DNA from: a virus
Reading direction: 5' to 3' (one strand)
Length of the DNA: 49,477 nucleotides
Virus record (IMG/VR): IMGVR_UViG_3300013947_000375
Location: 1 to 49,477 of that record
The position numbers were made by a program, and so were the translations under genes. Below the pieces are notes generated by a model. The model did not search any database, was not told the origin of the DNA, and saw only the letters and a list, made by a program, of their open reading frames with translations. Below are positions 16,097 to 26,014 of this stretch, one piece after another. Position 1 is the stretch's first letter, and every line of letters begins with the position of its first letter.

Positions 16097-16449
16097 GTAA
16101 TTTTTCCCTAGATACCTCTAAGATGGAATCTTGGCTAGACTCCCTGGAGAGTAAGTCTGAACAGGCTATCCGAATGTATGCTGAAACCTCGGCTCTTAAG
16201 CTCCAGAACTATGCTAGAGATAAAGCTCCTTGGACTGATAGAACTGGTCATGCCAGACAACGCCTTACTGGTACTTCTGGTAAAGTTCAAAAGGGCTATC
16301 AATTAACCCTGGCCCATGGAGTGGACTATGGTATCTGGCTAGAGCTAGCCCATGAGAAAAGATTTCAGATAATCCCCCCGACCATTCAATATGTGGGACC
16401 TTCTGAGATTATGCCGGGATTCCAAAAGTTGTTAGAGAGGTTAAGCTGA
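16093..16449 (+). CDS. HK97 gp10-like neck/tail component
   Basis: ARDKAPWTDRTGHARQ motif resembling the HK97 gp10 family; overlapping TAAATG junction. Confidence 0.45.
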   Translation: MSNFSLDTSKMESWLDSLESKSEQAIRMYAETSALKLQNYARDKAPWTDRTGHARQRLTGTSGKVQKGYQLTLAHGVDYGIWLELAHEKRFQIIPPTIQYVGPSEIMPGFQKLLERLS

Positions 16450-16823
16450 TGCCAGAAAGTACAAGATACAAAGACCTATTTGTGTTTTTGAGGTCTAAGG
16501 GCTTTTCTGTGTACTCCCCTGCACAAAAGCAGGGGGAGTGCATCAGCCCCTATCTCGTAATTAAGGATGCAGGGGTATTACAATTTGGGGACTTTAGCTC
16601 AATTCAATGTCTTTATGACATTATGTGCTATGTACCCAAAGAAAAGTTTACCCAGCTAGAAGAGTACGTTCACTCGGTGGAAGAGGCTATGAAGGAGATA
16701 TATCCCATCTTTCGTTCGGCCCATTATAGAACGGCATCCTTTTATGATGATTCGGTTAAAGCACATATGGTCTCTACACAGTATATCAACTATCGTAAAT
16801 TTCACAATTATAAGGAGGAATGA
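16449..16823 (+). CDS. putative tail completion protein
   Basis: position; TGATG coupling with the upstream gene. Confidence 0.3.
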   Translation: MPESTRYKDLFVFLRSKGFSVYSPAQKQGECISPYLVIKDAGVLQFGDFSSIQCLYDIMCYVPKEKFTQLEEYVHSVEEAMKEIYPIFRSAHYRTASFYDDSVKAHMVSTQYINYRKFHNYKEE

Positions 16824-16825
16824 CA

Positions 16826-17440
16826 ATGGCAACCAAGAAGGGTCATGAGATCCCTACTATTGATGTTAACCTTGTCACCATTCAGGAAGTCGGTTCTGGA
16901 AAGGATGAGATTATCCTGGATACGGCTTCCCAAATTGAGGTCAACATCCAGTCTGAAACTGAGGATGCCGTTAAACTCATTGTAAAGGGTAGACTCATTG
17001 CTCAGAAGCCCTCTGTGACTACGGTCACGGGTAACACCATTACCCTTACCGACAACGTGTTCAATCCGGAGATCGTTGCTATTCTCCAGGGTGGCACGGT
17101 GAAGTATTGGGGTGAGACTGGCCACACTACCAAGGTCGATACAGACAAGGGCTTCGGAGTGGCCAGTTATACCCCCCCGGTTGCAGGTTCTACCGATAAG
17201 GGTAAGGTCTTCACTCTAAGAGCATATTCAGCTATCTACAATGCGGCGGGTCTGCTTACGGGATATGAGAAGATCCAGTACCCCAACTGCCAGGGTGTTC
17301 CGGTTGCATTCAGCAGTGAAGATGGGGCTTTTCGTGCCCCTGAATACACTATCAACTCGGCTCCTAATACCGGGGAAGCCCCGTATGAAATTGAGTACAT
17401 TGATGCTGCAGATCTTCCTGCAGTTAGTGGGGGTGAATAA
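16826..17440 (+). CDS. major tail protein
   Basis: position before the chaperone/tape-measure genes; ATG 16826 lies 7 nt after AAGGAGG; elevated GC. Confidence 0.5.
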   Translation: MATKKGHEIPTIDVNLVTIQEVGSGKDEIILDTASQIEVNIQSETEDAVKLIVKGRLIAQKPSVTTVTGNTITLTDNVFNPEIVAILQGGTVKYWGETGHTTKVDTDKGFGVASYTPPVAGSTDKGKVFTLRAYSAIYNAAGLLTGYEKIQYPNCQGVPVAFSSEDGAFRAPEYTINSAPNTGEAPYEIEYIDAADLPAVSGGE

Positions 17441-17442
17441 CA

Positions 17443-17847
17443 ATGGCAAGTAAATCTTCTCCGAAGGTTACTACCCTAAGTGACCTTCAACAGTATAGTC
17501 AGGGCCAGCTGGTTCAGCTTCCCAACTTCGCAGAGAATCAGCCCTTTGTGGCTCGACTTCGTAGACCCTCTATGATGGCTCTGGCCAAGACCGGAAAGAT
17601 CCCCAACTCCCTTTTGAATACTGCCAACTCCCTGTTTATGGGCAAAGGAGTGGACTCCAATAACGAGGGGGCTCTCAAAGAGGTGCTTTCCATTGTGGAC
17701 ATTCTTTGTGAGGCCTCTTTCGTTGAGCCCACTTACTCCCAACTAAAGGAAGCTGGAGTGGAACTAACTGATGAGCAATATATGGCCATTTTCAACTACA
17801 CTCAGCAGGGGATCAAAGCCCTTCAGCCCTTTCGTGGGGAGTCGTAA
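17443..17847 (+). CDS. tail assembly chaperone (gpG-like)
   Basis: position immediately upstream of the tape measure gene. Confidence 0.5.
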   Translation: MASKSSPKVTTLSDLQQYSQGQLVQLPNFAENQPFVARLRRPSMMALAKTGKIPNSLLNTANSLFMGKGVDSNNEGALKEVLSIVDILCEASFVEPTYSQLKEAGVELTDEQYMAIFNYTQQGIKALQPFRGES

Positions 17848-18043
17848 TATCCTAAGAATTCTGGGCATCGCTCAACGTTATAAAATAAGACCTTCTGAGC
17901 TAATGGGTGACTTGGACGAATATACAGCTTATTGCTTTGATGAAGCCTGTGCATATATTATGAACAGGGTAGATTCAGGGGAAGAGATCTATATTCGTAC
18001 CAAGTACACCTCATTTAGCGATATCTATTCCAAATACCAGTAA
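17771..18043 (+). CDS. tail assembly chaperone extension frame (gpT-like), probably reached by frameshifting
   Basis: overlaps the end of 17443-17847 in the +1 frame; no SD or plausible start codon near the overlap. Confidence 0.4.
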   Translation: MSNIWPFSTTLSRGSKPFSPFVGSRNILRILGIAQRYKIRPSELMGDLDEYTAYCFDEACAYIMNRVDSGEEIYIRTKYTSFSDIYSKYQ

Positions 18044-18055
18044 GGGGGTGGAAAC

Positions 18056-20659
18056 TTGATAAACATGGGAAGTGCAGTTGGTTATCTTCTCCTTGATACC
18101 ACTGGATTTAAGGATGGTCTCAAAGGAGCTATAAACCAACTGAAAGTTTTCAGTAATGAGCAGGCTTCCATCTCTGACAAGCTAACAGGGCTTGGAAGTG
18201 CCTTTACTGGAGCGGGAAAAACCCTCACCAAAAACCTTACTACCCCCCTTGTGGGTCTCGGTACTGTAGCTGTGAATACCACAGCCACTTTTGACTCTTC
18301 CATGTCAAAGGTTCAGGCAATCTCTGGAGCCGTAGGAGATGATTTTGATCGTCTTCGTGAAAAGGCCAAGGAGATGGGGGCCAAAACAAAGTTCAGTGCT
18401 TCTGAGGCTGCTGATGCCTTTACTTATATGGCAATGGCTGGTTGGAAAACCGAAGACATGTTGGATGGTATTGAAGGCATCATGAGCCTTGCAGCTGCCT
18501 CTGGTGAGGATCTAGCTGCAACTTCTGATATTGTCACGGATGCTCTAACAGCTTTTGGACTTACGGCTAAAGACTCGGCTCATTTTGCTGATGTATTAGC
18601 TGCTGCTTCCAATAGTGCGAATACCAATGTTAGCATGTTGGGTGAGTCCTTCAAGTATGTAGCCCCCGTAGCTGGTGCTCTGGGCTATACTGCCGAAGAT
18701 ACCTCTATAGCTCTAGGCCTAATGGCCAATAGTGGTATTAAAGCTAGTCAGGCTGGTACAGCCCTAAGAACCATACTGACCAACATGGCTGATCCCACAG
18801 ATACTGTGGCTTCTGCTATGGAGATCCTGAATGTGTCTCTCACTGATTCTGAAGGAAACATGAAGTCTCTGCGAGAGATTATGGAGGATCTCAAGGTAGG
18901 ATTTGGTAATCTAAGTGAAGCTGAGTCCGCTCAGGTGGCATCAATGCTGGCCGGTAAAGAGGGTATGTCTGGACTATTAGCTATAGTCAATTCCAGTGAG
19001 ACTGACTTTAATAAGCTGGCCGAGGCTATTGACAATGCCGATGGTACAGCGGAAAATATGGCCAACACCATGCTCGATAACCTTAATGGACAGCTAACCA
19101 TCCTTAAGTCTGCTCTAGAGGGGGCTGCAATAGCTTTCGGGGATCTACTCATGCCCCTGATTAGGGACCTGGTGAGTCTTCTTCAAGGGGCTGTGGACTG
19201 GGTAAATAACCTTACTGAGGCTCAGAAGGAAACCATAGTTAGAATAGCCGAAGTAGCTGCTGTGGTAGGGCCGGTCCTTCTGATTTTGGGAAAGGTAGTA
19301 AAGTCTATCACCTCTATCATATCCATAGTTAATAAAGCCAAGACCGTTATTTTGGCCATAAAGCCCGTTATAACAGCCCTGATGGCTACCCTAAAGGCTA
19401 ATCCCATTGGGCTGGTTATTACGGCTATAGCGGCCCTGGTAGCGGCCTTCACTTACCTGTGGAACAACTGCGAGTCCTTCCGACAATTTTGGATTAATCT
19501 CTGGGAAGGGATTAAGAGTACCTTTAGTTCAGTAGTTGAATGGTTCAATACCACTATAGCCAGTATCTCGGCCTGGTTTGAATCTATTCCAGAACGTATT
19601 CAAGCGGTATTCCAGAGCATTGGAGACTGGTTCAGTGGAATATGGACTTCCATTACCACTTGGTTTACAGAACTCCCTGGAAAGGTCTGGAATTGGCTTA
19701 CAAACACAGCTCAATCAATTATTGATTGGCTCACCTCTCTGCCGGAAACTGTGGCCTACTGGCTAGGGTATCTCGCGGGAAGTGTTGTTCAATGGGGAAT
19801 AGACCTTTATGATTCTATCACCCAATGGAGTACAGAAACCTATGAGAATATCTCAAATTGGGTTACAACCACTATTCAGAATATTGTCACTTGGGTCTCT
19901 GAACTTCCTGGTAGAATTTGGAACTGGCTTGTGGAAACTTATAATCAGATCAAGCAATGGGGTATCGACACTTATACCTCCATTAAAAATTGGATGGTCA
20001 ATACTCTCAATAGTGTAAGTACCTGGTTGTCTGAACTTCCTGGAAGGGTCTGGAACTGGCTCCTTAATACCCTAGGAAGGATTAAACAGTGGGGTTCTGA
20101 TACCTATAGTTCGGCTAAACAAATTATTTCCGACTTTATCAATAGAATCTCCACAGGGCTTTCTGAACTTCCTGGGAAATTCCGAGAGTGGTTTAATCAG
20201 GCCATATCCTATTTGTCTACCCTCCCCAGCCGAATGTGGCAAATTGGAAGAGACATCTTCAATGGACTCTGGGATGGACTTAAGTCCATTTGGTCGAACA
20301 TTAAAAGCTGGATAGAAGGAGTTAAGGAGAAAATTGCTAGTATCTTTAGTTCTGCTAAACAGGGTTATAAAGATGCTACTGCAGCAGCTTCTTCTACTAG
20401 ATCCAGTCGTTCAGAGGGATCCTATGCCTCTGGTTTGGATTATGTCCCCAGAGATATGTATGTTAAGGTTCATGAGGGTGAGCGTATCCTAACGAAACAG
20501 GAGTCTAAGAATCAAATCACCAATCAACCTCAACAACAAACAGTGAAACAACCTGTAAACATTGTTATGCAAGTTGATGGTAGAGAGCTCGGCTATGTGG
20601 CAATTGATAATATCAATACTATTACCGAGACAGATGGAACCGTTAAACTCAAGGTCTAA
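18056..20659 (+). CDS. tape measure protein
   Basis: 867 aa; TMP-like N-terminal region; central hydrophobic segments; W-rich 44-aa repeats; TTG 18056 or ATG 18065. Confidence 0.85.
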   Translation: MINMGSAVGYLLLDTTGFKDGLKGAINQLKVFSNEQASISDKLTGLGSAFTGAGKTLTKNLTTPLVGLGTVAVNTTATFDSSMSKVQAISGAVGDDFDRLREKAKEMGAKTKFSASEAADAFTYMAMAGWKTEDMLDGIEGIMSLAAASGEDLAATSDIVTDALTAFGLTAKDSAHFADVLAAASNSANTNVSMLGESFKYVAPVAGALGYTAEDTSIALGLMANSGIKASQAGTALRTILTNMADPTDTVASAMEILNVSLTDSEGNMKSLREIMEDLKVGFGNLSEAESAQVASMLAGKEGMSGLLAIVNSSETDFNKLAEAIDNADGTAENMANTMLDNLNGQLTILKSALEGAAIAFGDLLMPLIRDLVSLLQGAVDWVNNLTEAQKETIVRIAEVAAVVGPVLLILGKVVKSITSIISIVNKAKTVILAIKPVITALMATLKANPIGLVITAIAALVAAFTYLWNNCESFRQFWINLWEGIKSTFSSVVEWFNTTIASISAWFESIPERIQAVFQSIGDWFSGIWTSITTWFTELPGKVWNWLTNTAQSIIDWLTSLPETVAYWLGYLAGSVVQWGIDLYDSITQWSTETYENISNWVTTTIQNIVTWVSELPGRIWNWLVETYNQIKQWGIDTYTSIKNWMVNTLNSVSTWLSELPGRVWNWLLNTLGRIKQWGSDTYSSAKQIISDFINRISTGLSELPGKFREWFNQAISYLSTLPSRMWQIGRDIFNGLWDGLKSIWSNIKSWIEGVKEKIASIFSSAKQGYKDATAAASSTRSSRSEGSYASGLDYVPRDMYVKVHEGERILTKQESKNQITNQPQQQTVKQPVNIVMQVDGRELGYVAIDNINTITETDGTVKLKV
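19670..20300 (+). repeat. in-frame 132-bp (44-aa) degenerate repeats within the tape measure gene
   Basis: GAACTYCCTGG (ELPG) at 19670, 19901, 20033, 20165; the last three are exactly 132 nt apart. Confidence 0.8.
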
Positions 20660-20678
20660 CTTTAAGGAGGGTAAAGGT

Positions 20679-21035
20679 ATGACTTTTACAATTGATGGGG
20701 TTGATCTTTCCCCCTACCTGAAGGATAATAATCTATCCAGAGGATATACTGAGAGAAAGGCAAAATCCCGAATAGCCGTTGATGGAACTCTGTATATCAC
20801 AAAAGTCAGAAAATTGACTCTGGCAGTGGATTTTGATCCTATGCCGGAGTCAACCCTCCAAAGTGTTATCACGGCCATTAATAAAGACTATGTAACTTTG
20901 GTATATACTGATCCTGTAGATGGGCTAAGGACTCGGGTGTTTATTCCCTCTGTGGGGGATATTACCCTTGCTCTGGAAAATGTCAATAATACCAACTATT
21001 GGTCTGGGCTATCCCTGAGTTTGGAGGAACAATAA
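20679..21035 (+). CDS. putative distal tail protein (short)
   Basis: ATG 20679 after AAGGAGG; position after the tape measure; N-terminus MTFTIDGVDL. Confidence 0.4.
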   Translation: MTFTIDGVDLSPYLKDNNLSRGYTERKAKSRIAVDGTLYITKVRKLTLAVDFDPMPESTLQSVITAINKDYVTLVYTDPVDGLRTRVFIPSVGDITLALENVNNTNYWSGLSLSLEEQ

Positions 21036-22664
21036 ATGAGAACAGCCCCCAAAAACTGGAACATCCTTTGGGCCTCTAAAAATAGGGTTTGTTCCTATAA
21101 AATACAATTTACTGGCAAAAAGAACTCTCCCCTCTTTACTGATTCTCTGATTGAATCAGAGAGTATAAAATTTTCTGGGTCTATTTTTACCACTGATAAG
21201 CTTATAGGAAATACCCCTTGCATGGCGGTTGAATTCGTGCTTTATCAGCAAGATGTGGTAGTAGATTCGGGATCTGAAGTTGAGATTAGTGTTAAACTAG
21301 TCGATGAAACCCAGAATCTAGAGTCTGACTATCTATCCCTGGGTAAGTATTTGGTTTATACCCGTACCAATTACGAGGATGGATGGACCAAGTTTTTCTG
21401 TCGGGATAAGATGAACACTGCCAATCAGCCTTACATCCCTGCAGGAACGACAGTAGGAGAGTGGCCAAGGAGTATGTCAACGGTGATGACCGAATCTCTC
21501 GAACGAGTTGGACTTATCCTTGATCCAAGAGTTACAATTCAAGAAGGCGATGACTGGATCGTTCAACTCCCCACAGAATACACCATTCGGCAAGTTTGGG
21601 GGTTTATTGCAGCTGCACACGGGGGCAACTTTTACATTACCCCCCAGCAAACCCTTATGTTGTCTATCCCCCAAGTTGCTTCCTCTGGTACCTCTTTAGA
21701 TGGTAACTACACTGAAGCAAATACTGTAGGGGGTATGTACAAGGTTGGGCAGGTAATTCTGATTGTTGATGACAACAATTATGTGGCCAGTGGGGAATCA
21801 CTGGAACATGACCTATTGGCCGACTGTCCATATGCTACTCAAACTATAGCAGACTATGCCAAAAGTAAACTTACTGGAGACCTGTTTCAGGGAATCCATG
21901 TAAAGGACGTATTGGTCAACCCCCTTTTAGAGTGGGATGATACCCTTTCTGTGGACAGCAATCTCTTTAAAGTTGGAGACTATTCTATTGTTTACGATTT
22001 GGAACCTATTGGCAGTAAACTGTCTTCAAGTTCTATAAATGAGTCCTCGGATGAATATGGGTTTGAAGATACTGACACAGCCAAACTAAACCGTAAAATC
22101 AGAAATGCCTATGCTCAGATCAAACTTCAAGGAGACTCAATTGAGTCTACGGTTAGAGTTGTTCAGGAGAATAAAGCAGAATCTGATGGGAAATACGAAG
22201 ATCTGTCTAACAAACAACAGTCCACAGATAAAAAGTTAGACAACCTAGAGAACCAGACCAATAGTCTTGAAGGAGCTTTGAATAGTACCAATTCTGAGTT
22301 ATCCGGGAAACTGGAAAGCTTGGAAAAAGAAGTTTCTCTGAAGGTCACTCAGGACGATGTTTCAATCTCTATTTCGGAAGCCCTGAGTGATGGGGTTACT
22401 CGTGTAGATACCAAAACTGGTTATACCTTCAATGCTGATGGTATGACCATTGATAAAACGGATGCTAGTACTTCTACTACTGTGAATGAGAACGGTATGG
22501 TGGTTAATAGAAAGACGGGTTCCACTAAAGAAGCAGTGTTAACTGCTAACGATCAAGGCGTTGATGCAATCAACCTTACAGCGCATCAGTATCTAATCAT
22601 TGGTTCAAGAAGTCGTTTTGAGGATTATGGGAGTGACCGAACGGGTTGCTTTTGGATTGGGTAA
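21036..22664 (+). CDS. tail-associated (Tal-like) baseplate protein with C-terminal coiled coil
   Basis: 542 aa; position; heptad-like ESDGKYEDLSNKQQSTDKKLDNLENQTNSLEGALNS region. Confidence 0.45.
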   Translation: MRTAPKNWNILWASKNRVCSYKIQFTGKKNSPLFTDSLIESESIKFSGSIFTTDKLIGNTPCMAVEFVLYQQDVVVDSGSEVEISVKLVDETQNLESDYLSLGKYLVYTRTNYEDGWTKFFCRDKMNTANQPYIPAGTTVGEWPRSMSTVMTESLERVGLILDPRVTIQEGDDWIVQLPTEYTIRQVWGFIAAAHGGNFYITPQQTLMLSIPQVASSGTSLDGNYTEANTVGGMYKVGQVILIVDDNNYVASGESLEHDLLADCPYATQTIADYAKSKLTGDLFQGIHVKDVLVNPLLEWDDTLSVDSNLFKVGDYSIVYDLEPIGSKLSSSSINESSDEYGFEDTDTAKLNRKIRNAYAQIKLQGDSIESTVRVVQENKAESDGKYEDLSNKQQSTDKKLDNLENQTNSLEGALNSTNSELSGKLESLEKEVSLKVTQDDVSISISEALSDGVTRVDTKTGYTFNADGMTIDKTDASTSTTVNENGMVVNRKTGSTKEAVLTANDQGVDAINLTAHQYLIIGSRSRFEDYGSDRTGCFWIG

Positions 22665-22678
22665 GGGGGTAATTTGAT

Positions 22679-24349
22679 ATGGCAGTTTCACAGAGCTTAA
22701 CCCTTACTGAGTTATCTTATGACATTGAGTCCAATACTTCCCAGGTTCGTATCCTTTGGACTTCTACTCAGACAGGGGAGAGTCATAATAACAACACCCT
22801 ATCTGGTGCATATTGGGTGTCGATCAATGGGGCAACGGGTGTTCGTAATGATATTACCACAACACTTCCGGCCAATACCACCAAAACCATTGTAGACACA
22901 ACTCTAACTGTAACCCATAATTCCGATGGTTCAGGAAGTATTACTGTTGAATCTTCGATTGATACCAAGATTAGTGCAGGAGTTGTAAAAAAGAGTGCAT
23001 CCCTCACTCTTACAACCATACCCAGAGCATCTAAGGTGTCTGGTGTATCTGGAAATATTGGGTCTACGGTAAGAATCAACCTTACCCGCTATAGTTCTGG
23101 GTTTACTCACACCCTTACCTACTCTTTTGGCTCTTTACAGGGGACCATTGCTACAGGAGTCAAAGTCGATTATGTAGATTGGGTTATTCCCGATGCTTTC
23201 TACACGCAAATTCCCAATGCTACTGTTGGTATAGGTGGAATCTATTGTGCAACATACTCTGGCAGTACTAAAATTGGGGACACTCAAAGAGGTGACCTGT
23301 ATGCATATACAGTTGCTGATACTTGTATGCCCGATGTTGCTGCAACAATTGTAGATTCTAACACTACTACAATAGCCCTTACAGGGAATACTTCTATCCT
23401 GGTAAAAGGGGTAAGTACTGCTAAGGTAACAGTAACAGCCACAGCAAAGAAATCTGCTTCTATCAAAAGTTATGCAGTTCTCTGTGGGGATGGAAAAGCC
23501 CTGAATAAAGCATCAGGCACCCTATTAAATGTTGAAAGCGGGGATTTTTCTGTATCTGTAACTGATTCCCGGGGATATACCAAGAAACTCACTAAAAGCC
23601 TTACCCTGGTTCAGTACTTTGCTGTAACTTGTATTCTGGTGGTCACCCCTGTGGGGGGTGCTACTGGAATAGCTGAGTTGAACATTAAGGGAAATTATTT
23701 TAACGGAAGCTTTGGAACTGTACCCAATCAGTTAACCCTTCAATACAGATACAAAGAGGAGTACGGGGAATATTCGGAATGGACTAATATTACTCCCACC
23801 TTAAAGTCCAAGGAGTATTCTGCGACTGTAGAAATCCCCAATCTGGATTATACCAAAGGGTATGTATTCCAAGCAAGAGCAGTTGATAAATTGACTTCGG
23901 CGGTTACTAAGGAGTTGGCCAGTAAAACGGTTCCTGTATTTGATTGGGGAGAAGCTGACTTTAATTTCAATGTCCCTATTAAGGTCAAAAACACCCCTCT
24001 ATTGGACATCATATACCCCGTAGGAAGTATTTACGTGTCCACTAAATCAACTGACCCTCAAACACTCTTCGGAGGGACTTGGGAACCCATCAAGGACATG
24101 TTCTTACTGGCCGCAGGTACCATCTACAAAGCAGGATCCACGGGAGGTGAATCAGAAGTCACCTTAAATCGTTTTCAGATGCCCCCTGCGGTATGGGCTT
24201 CTGGTAGCGGTGATAATGTAATTGAGACCTCAACCAGTGGGGCTGCTGGTGTAGGTTATGGTATGTATACTCAAGCTGATAACTGGGGACAGCCTCATAA
24301 CAATATGCCCCCTTATCTTGCTGTGTATGTGTGGAAACGGACAGGTTGA
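22679..24349 (+). CDS. tail fibre / receptor-binding protein with C-terminal tail-collar motif
   Basis: 556 aa; T/S-rich beta-rich sequence; C-terminal GQPHNNMPPYLAVYVWKRT resembles the phage tail-collar domain. Confidence 0.55.
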   Translation: MAVSQSLTLTELSYDIESNTSQVRILWTSTQTGESHNNNTLSGAYWVSINGATGVRNDITTTLPANTTKTIVDTTLTVTHNSDGSGSITVESSIDTKISAGVVKKSASLTLTTIPRASKVSGVSGNIGSTVRINLTRYSSGFTHTLTYSFGSLQGTIATGVKVDYVDWVIPDAFYTQIPNATVGIGGIYCATYSGSTKIGDTQRGDLYAYTVADTCMPDVAATIVDSNTTTIALTGNTSILVKGVSTAKVTVTATAKKSASIKSYAVLCGDGKALNKASGTLLNVESGDFSVSVTDSRGYTKKLTKSLTLVQYFAVTCILVVTPVGGATGIAELNIKGNYFNGSFGTVPNQLTLQYRYKEEYGEYSEWTNITPTLKSKEYSATVEIPNLDYTKGYVFQARAVDKLTSAVTKELASKTVPVFDWGEADFNFNVPIKVKNTPLLDIIYPVGSIYVSTKSTDPQTLFGGTWEPIKDMFLLAAGTIYKAGSTGGESEVTLNRFQMPPAVWASGSGDNVIETSTSGAAGVGYGMYTQADNWGQPHNNMPPYLAVYVWKRTG

Positions 24350-24392
24350 TACAGCGAAAGCTGTCAACAATAAATCTAAGGAGGAATACACT

Positions 24393-24668
24393 ATGGAGAA
24401 CATTGGAATCGCAAGCGTAGCGGCCATCACGGTCATTGCCTACATCATCGGCGCGCTGGTCAAGCTCTGGCCGGCATGCCCTGATAAGGCTATCCCCGTG
24501 ATCTGTGGTCTGGTTGGCGCCGGTCTGGGTCTGCTGAGCCTGTACTGCGCGCCTATCCCGGATTTCCCGGCGGCGGATCCGATCACGGCCGCCGCTGTGG
24601 GCGTTGTGTCCGGTCTGGCTGCTACGGGTATTAATCAGGCGGTTAAGCAGCTGACTAAGGAGGAGTAA
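24393..24668 (+). CDS. holin (91 aa, two predicted TM helices)
   Basis: ATG 24393 after AAGGAGG; hydrophobic segments IASVAAITVIAYIIGALV and IPVICGLVGAGLGLL; immediately upstream of the endolysin. Confidence 0.7.
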   Translation: MENIGIASVAAITVIAYIIGALVKLWPACPDKAIPVICGLVGAGLGLLSLYCAPIPDFPAADPITAAAVGVVSGLAATGINQAVKQLTKEE

Positions 24669-24669
24669 C

Positions 24670-25371
24670 ATGAATATCATCGAGAAGGAGTACAATTGGG
24701 CGCACGAACTGTCCACCCGTCAGGTTACCAACCTGATCATTCTGCACCACGCAGCGGCCAAGTCCTGCACGGCATCGGATGTTCACAACTGGCACCTTAA
24801 CCGGGGCTGGGCTGGAATCGGCTACCACTTCTTTGTAGGCAAGGATGGTTCTGTTGTTCGTGGCCGTCCGCTCTGGGCAGTTGGCGCGCACGCCGAAAGC
24901 TGCAACTGGCGCTCTGTTGGTATTTGCTTTGAGGGTGACTATCAGACTGAGCAGGATATGCCCGCTGCGCAGCTGAAGGCGGGTCAGGAACTGGTACAGT
25001 ACCTCAAGAATAAGCTGGGGGTTAACCAGGTGGTAGGCCATCGTGATGTGGCTGTGGCTGGAACCAGCTGCCCCGGACAGTATTTTCCGTTTGAAGCGAT
25101 CTGCACGGCAATCACAGACAACAATACTAATACCGAGGAGGACATTATCATGGTAGCAACTCAGATGATCAGCAACGGCGACAGCGGCAACGCGGTGCGC
25201 AGTATGCAGGGTGCGCTCATCGCGCAGGGCTACAAGTGCGGCAGCTATGGCGCGGACGGAATCTGCGGCGCGGCGACCGTCGCGGCCATCCGCGCTTGTC
25301 AGGCGGCGAACGGTCTGACGGTTGATAGCATCTGCGGCCCTGATACGTGGGGTGTACTTCTGAAACCCTGA
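24670..25371 (+). CDS. endolysin: N-acetylmuramoyl-L-alanine amidase (Amidase_2/PGRP fold) with C-terminal PG_binding_1 domain
   Basis: ILHHAA, GIGYHFFV, GAHA, VVGHRDV...TSCPG motifs; C-terminal GDSGNAVRSMQGALIAQGY...DGICGAAT...ANGL pattern. Confidence 0.85.
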   Translation: MNIIEKEYNWAHELSTRQVTNLIILHHAAAKSCTASDVHNWHLNRGWAGIGYHFFVGKDGSVVRGRPLWAVGAHAESCNWRSVGICFEGDYQTEQDMPAAQLKAGQELVQYLKNKLGVNQVVGHRDVAVAGTSCPGQYFPFEAICTAITDNNTNTEEDIIMVATQMISNGDSGNAVRSMQGALIAQGYKCGSYGADGICGAATVAAIRACQAANGLTVDSICGPDTWGVLLKP

Positions 25372-25372
25372 T

Positions 25373-25726
25373 ATGGACAGTATCGTATTTGTCTGCGGGG
25401 TTATTGGTTGTTTGGTGGGAGTGGCAACCTTTGTAGTTGGGATGAACAGTCGAGCAAAGGCTGATGGGGAAGTAGTACAAAAACTAAATCAGGCCATTGC
25501 TGGAATCTCTGAACTTAAATCCGATGTCAAGGACATAAAGGCAAGTCAACAGGATCTTGCCCTATTGGTAAACTCCCACGAACAACAAATTAAAACCCTA
25601 TTCCACAATTTGCAGGATCTAAACAATACCCATCAAGTTTTGATAGAGCTTTTGAATCACCTTAAACAGATGGAGGTTGAATCGCATGGACACGCCCATT
25701 CGGGAATTGGGCACTCTGAGATCTGA
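25373..25726 (+). CDS. membrane-anchored coiled-coil protein (possible lysis accessory)
   Basis: N-terminal TM IVFVCGVIGCLVGVATFVVG followed by a heptad-rich region. Confidence 0.55.
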   Translation: MDSIVFVCGVIGCLVGVATFVVGMNSRAKADGEVVQKLNQAIAGISELKSDVKDIKASQQDLALLVNSHEQQIKTLFHNLQDLNNTHQVLIELLNHLKQMEVESHGHAHSGIGHSEI

Positions 25727-25955
25727 GGAAGATGCTCTAGATCAAAGTATTGCCCTTAATAAAATCACCATGAAACTTCTACAGGATAGAGCAGCCGATT
25801 GTAAAAGACTTTGGGTTGCTCTGGTCATTAGTATCTTGGTGAATCTAGCTTTAGTGGGTTCCTTTCTCTGTTATGAATCCAAATGGGATTATGCCACTGA
25901 AACTACAACTGTAACCCAGGACACCGGGGAAGGAACTGGAAACAATATATACTAA
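25686..25955 (+). CDS. membrane protein (helical N-terminal region, then one TM)
   Basis: ATG 25686 lies 9 nt after GGAGG; TM LWVALVISILVNLALVGSFL. Confidence 0.5.
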   Translation: MDTPIRELGTLRSEEDALDQSIALNKITMKLLQDRAADCKRLWVALVISILVNLALVGSFLCYESKWDYATETTTVTQDTGEGTGNNIY

Positions 25956-26014
25956 GCTGGAGAAAATGCTACCTACCATCAAGAAGCCCTTCAGGAAAAG
26001 GGGGGTGAGTAAGA

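Noticed and set aside
17443-18043. Canonical -1 G/GT chaperone frameshift
   Set aside because: The frame offset is +1 (328 = 3n+1) and no -1 slippery heptamer is present in the overlap. It is reported instead as a possible +1/-2 event.
24159-24716. 185-aa minus-strand ORF across the fibre end, holin and endolysin start
   Set aside because: The high GC content of the lysis island suppresses stop codons. The ORF is antisense to well-supported genes and R/Q-rich.
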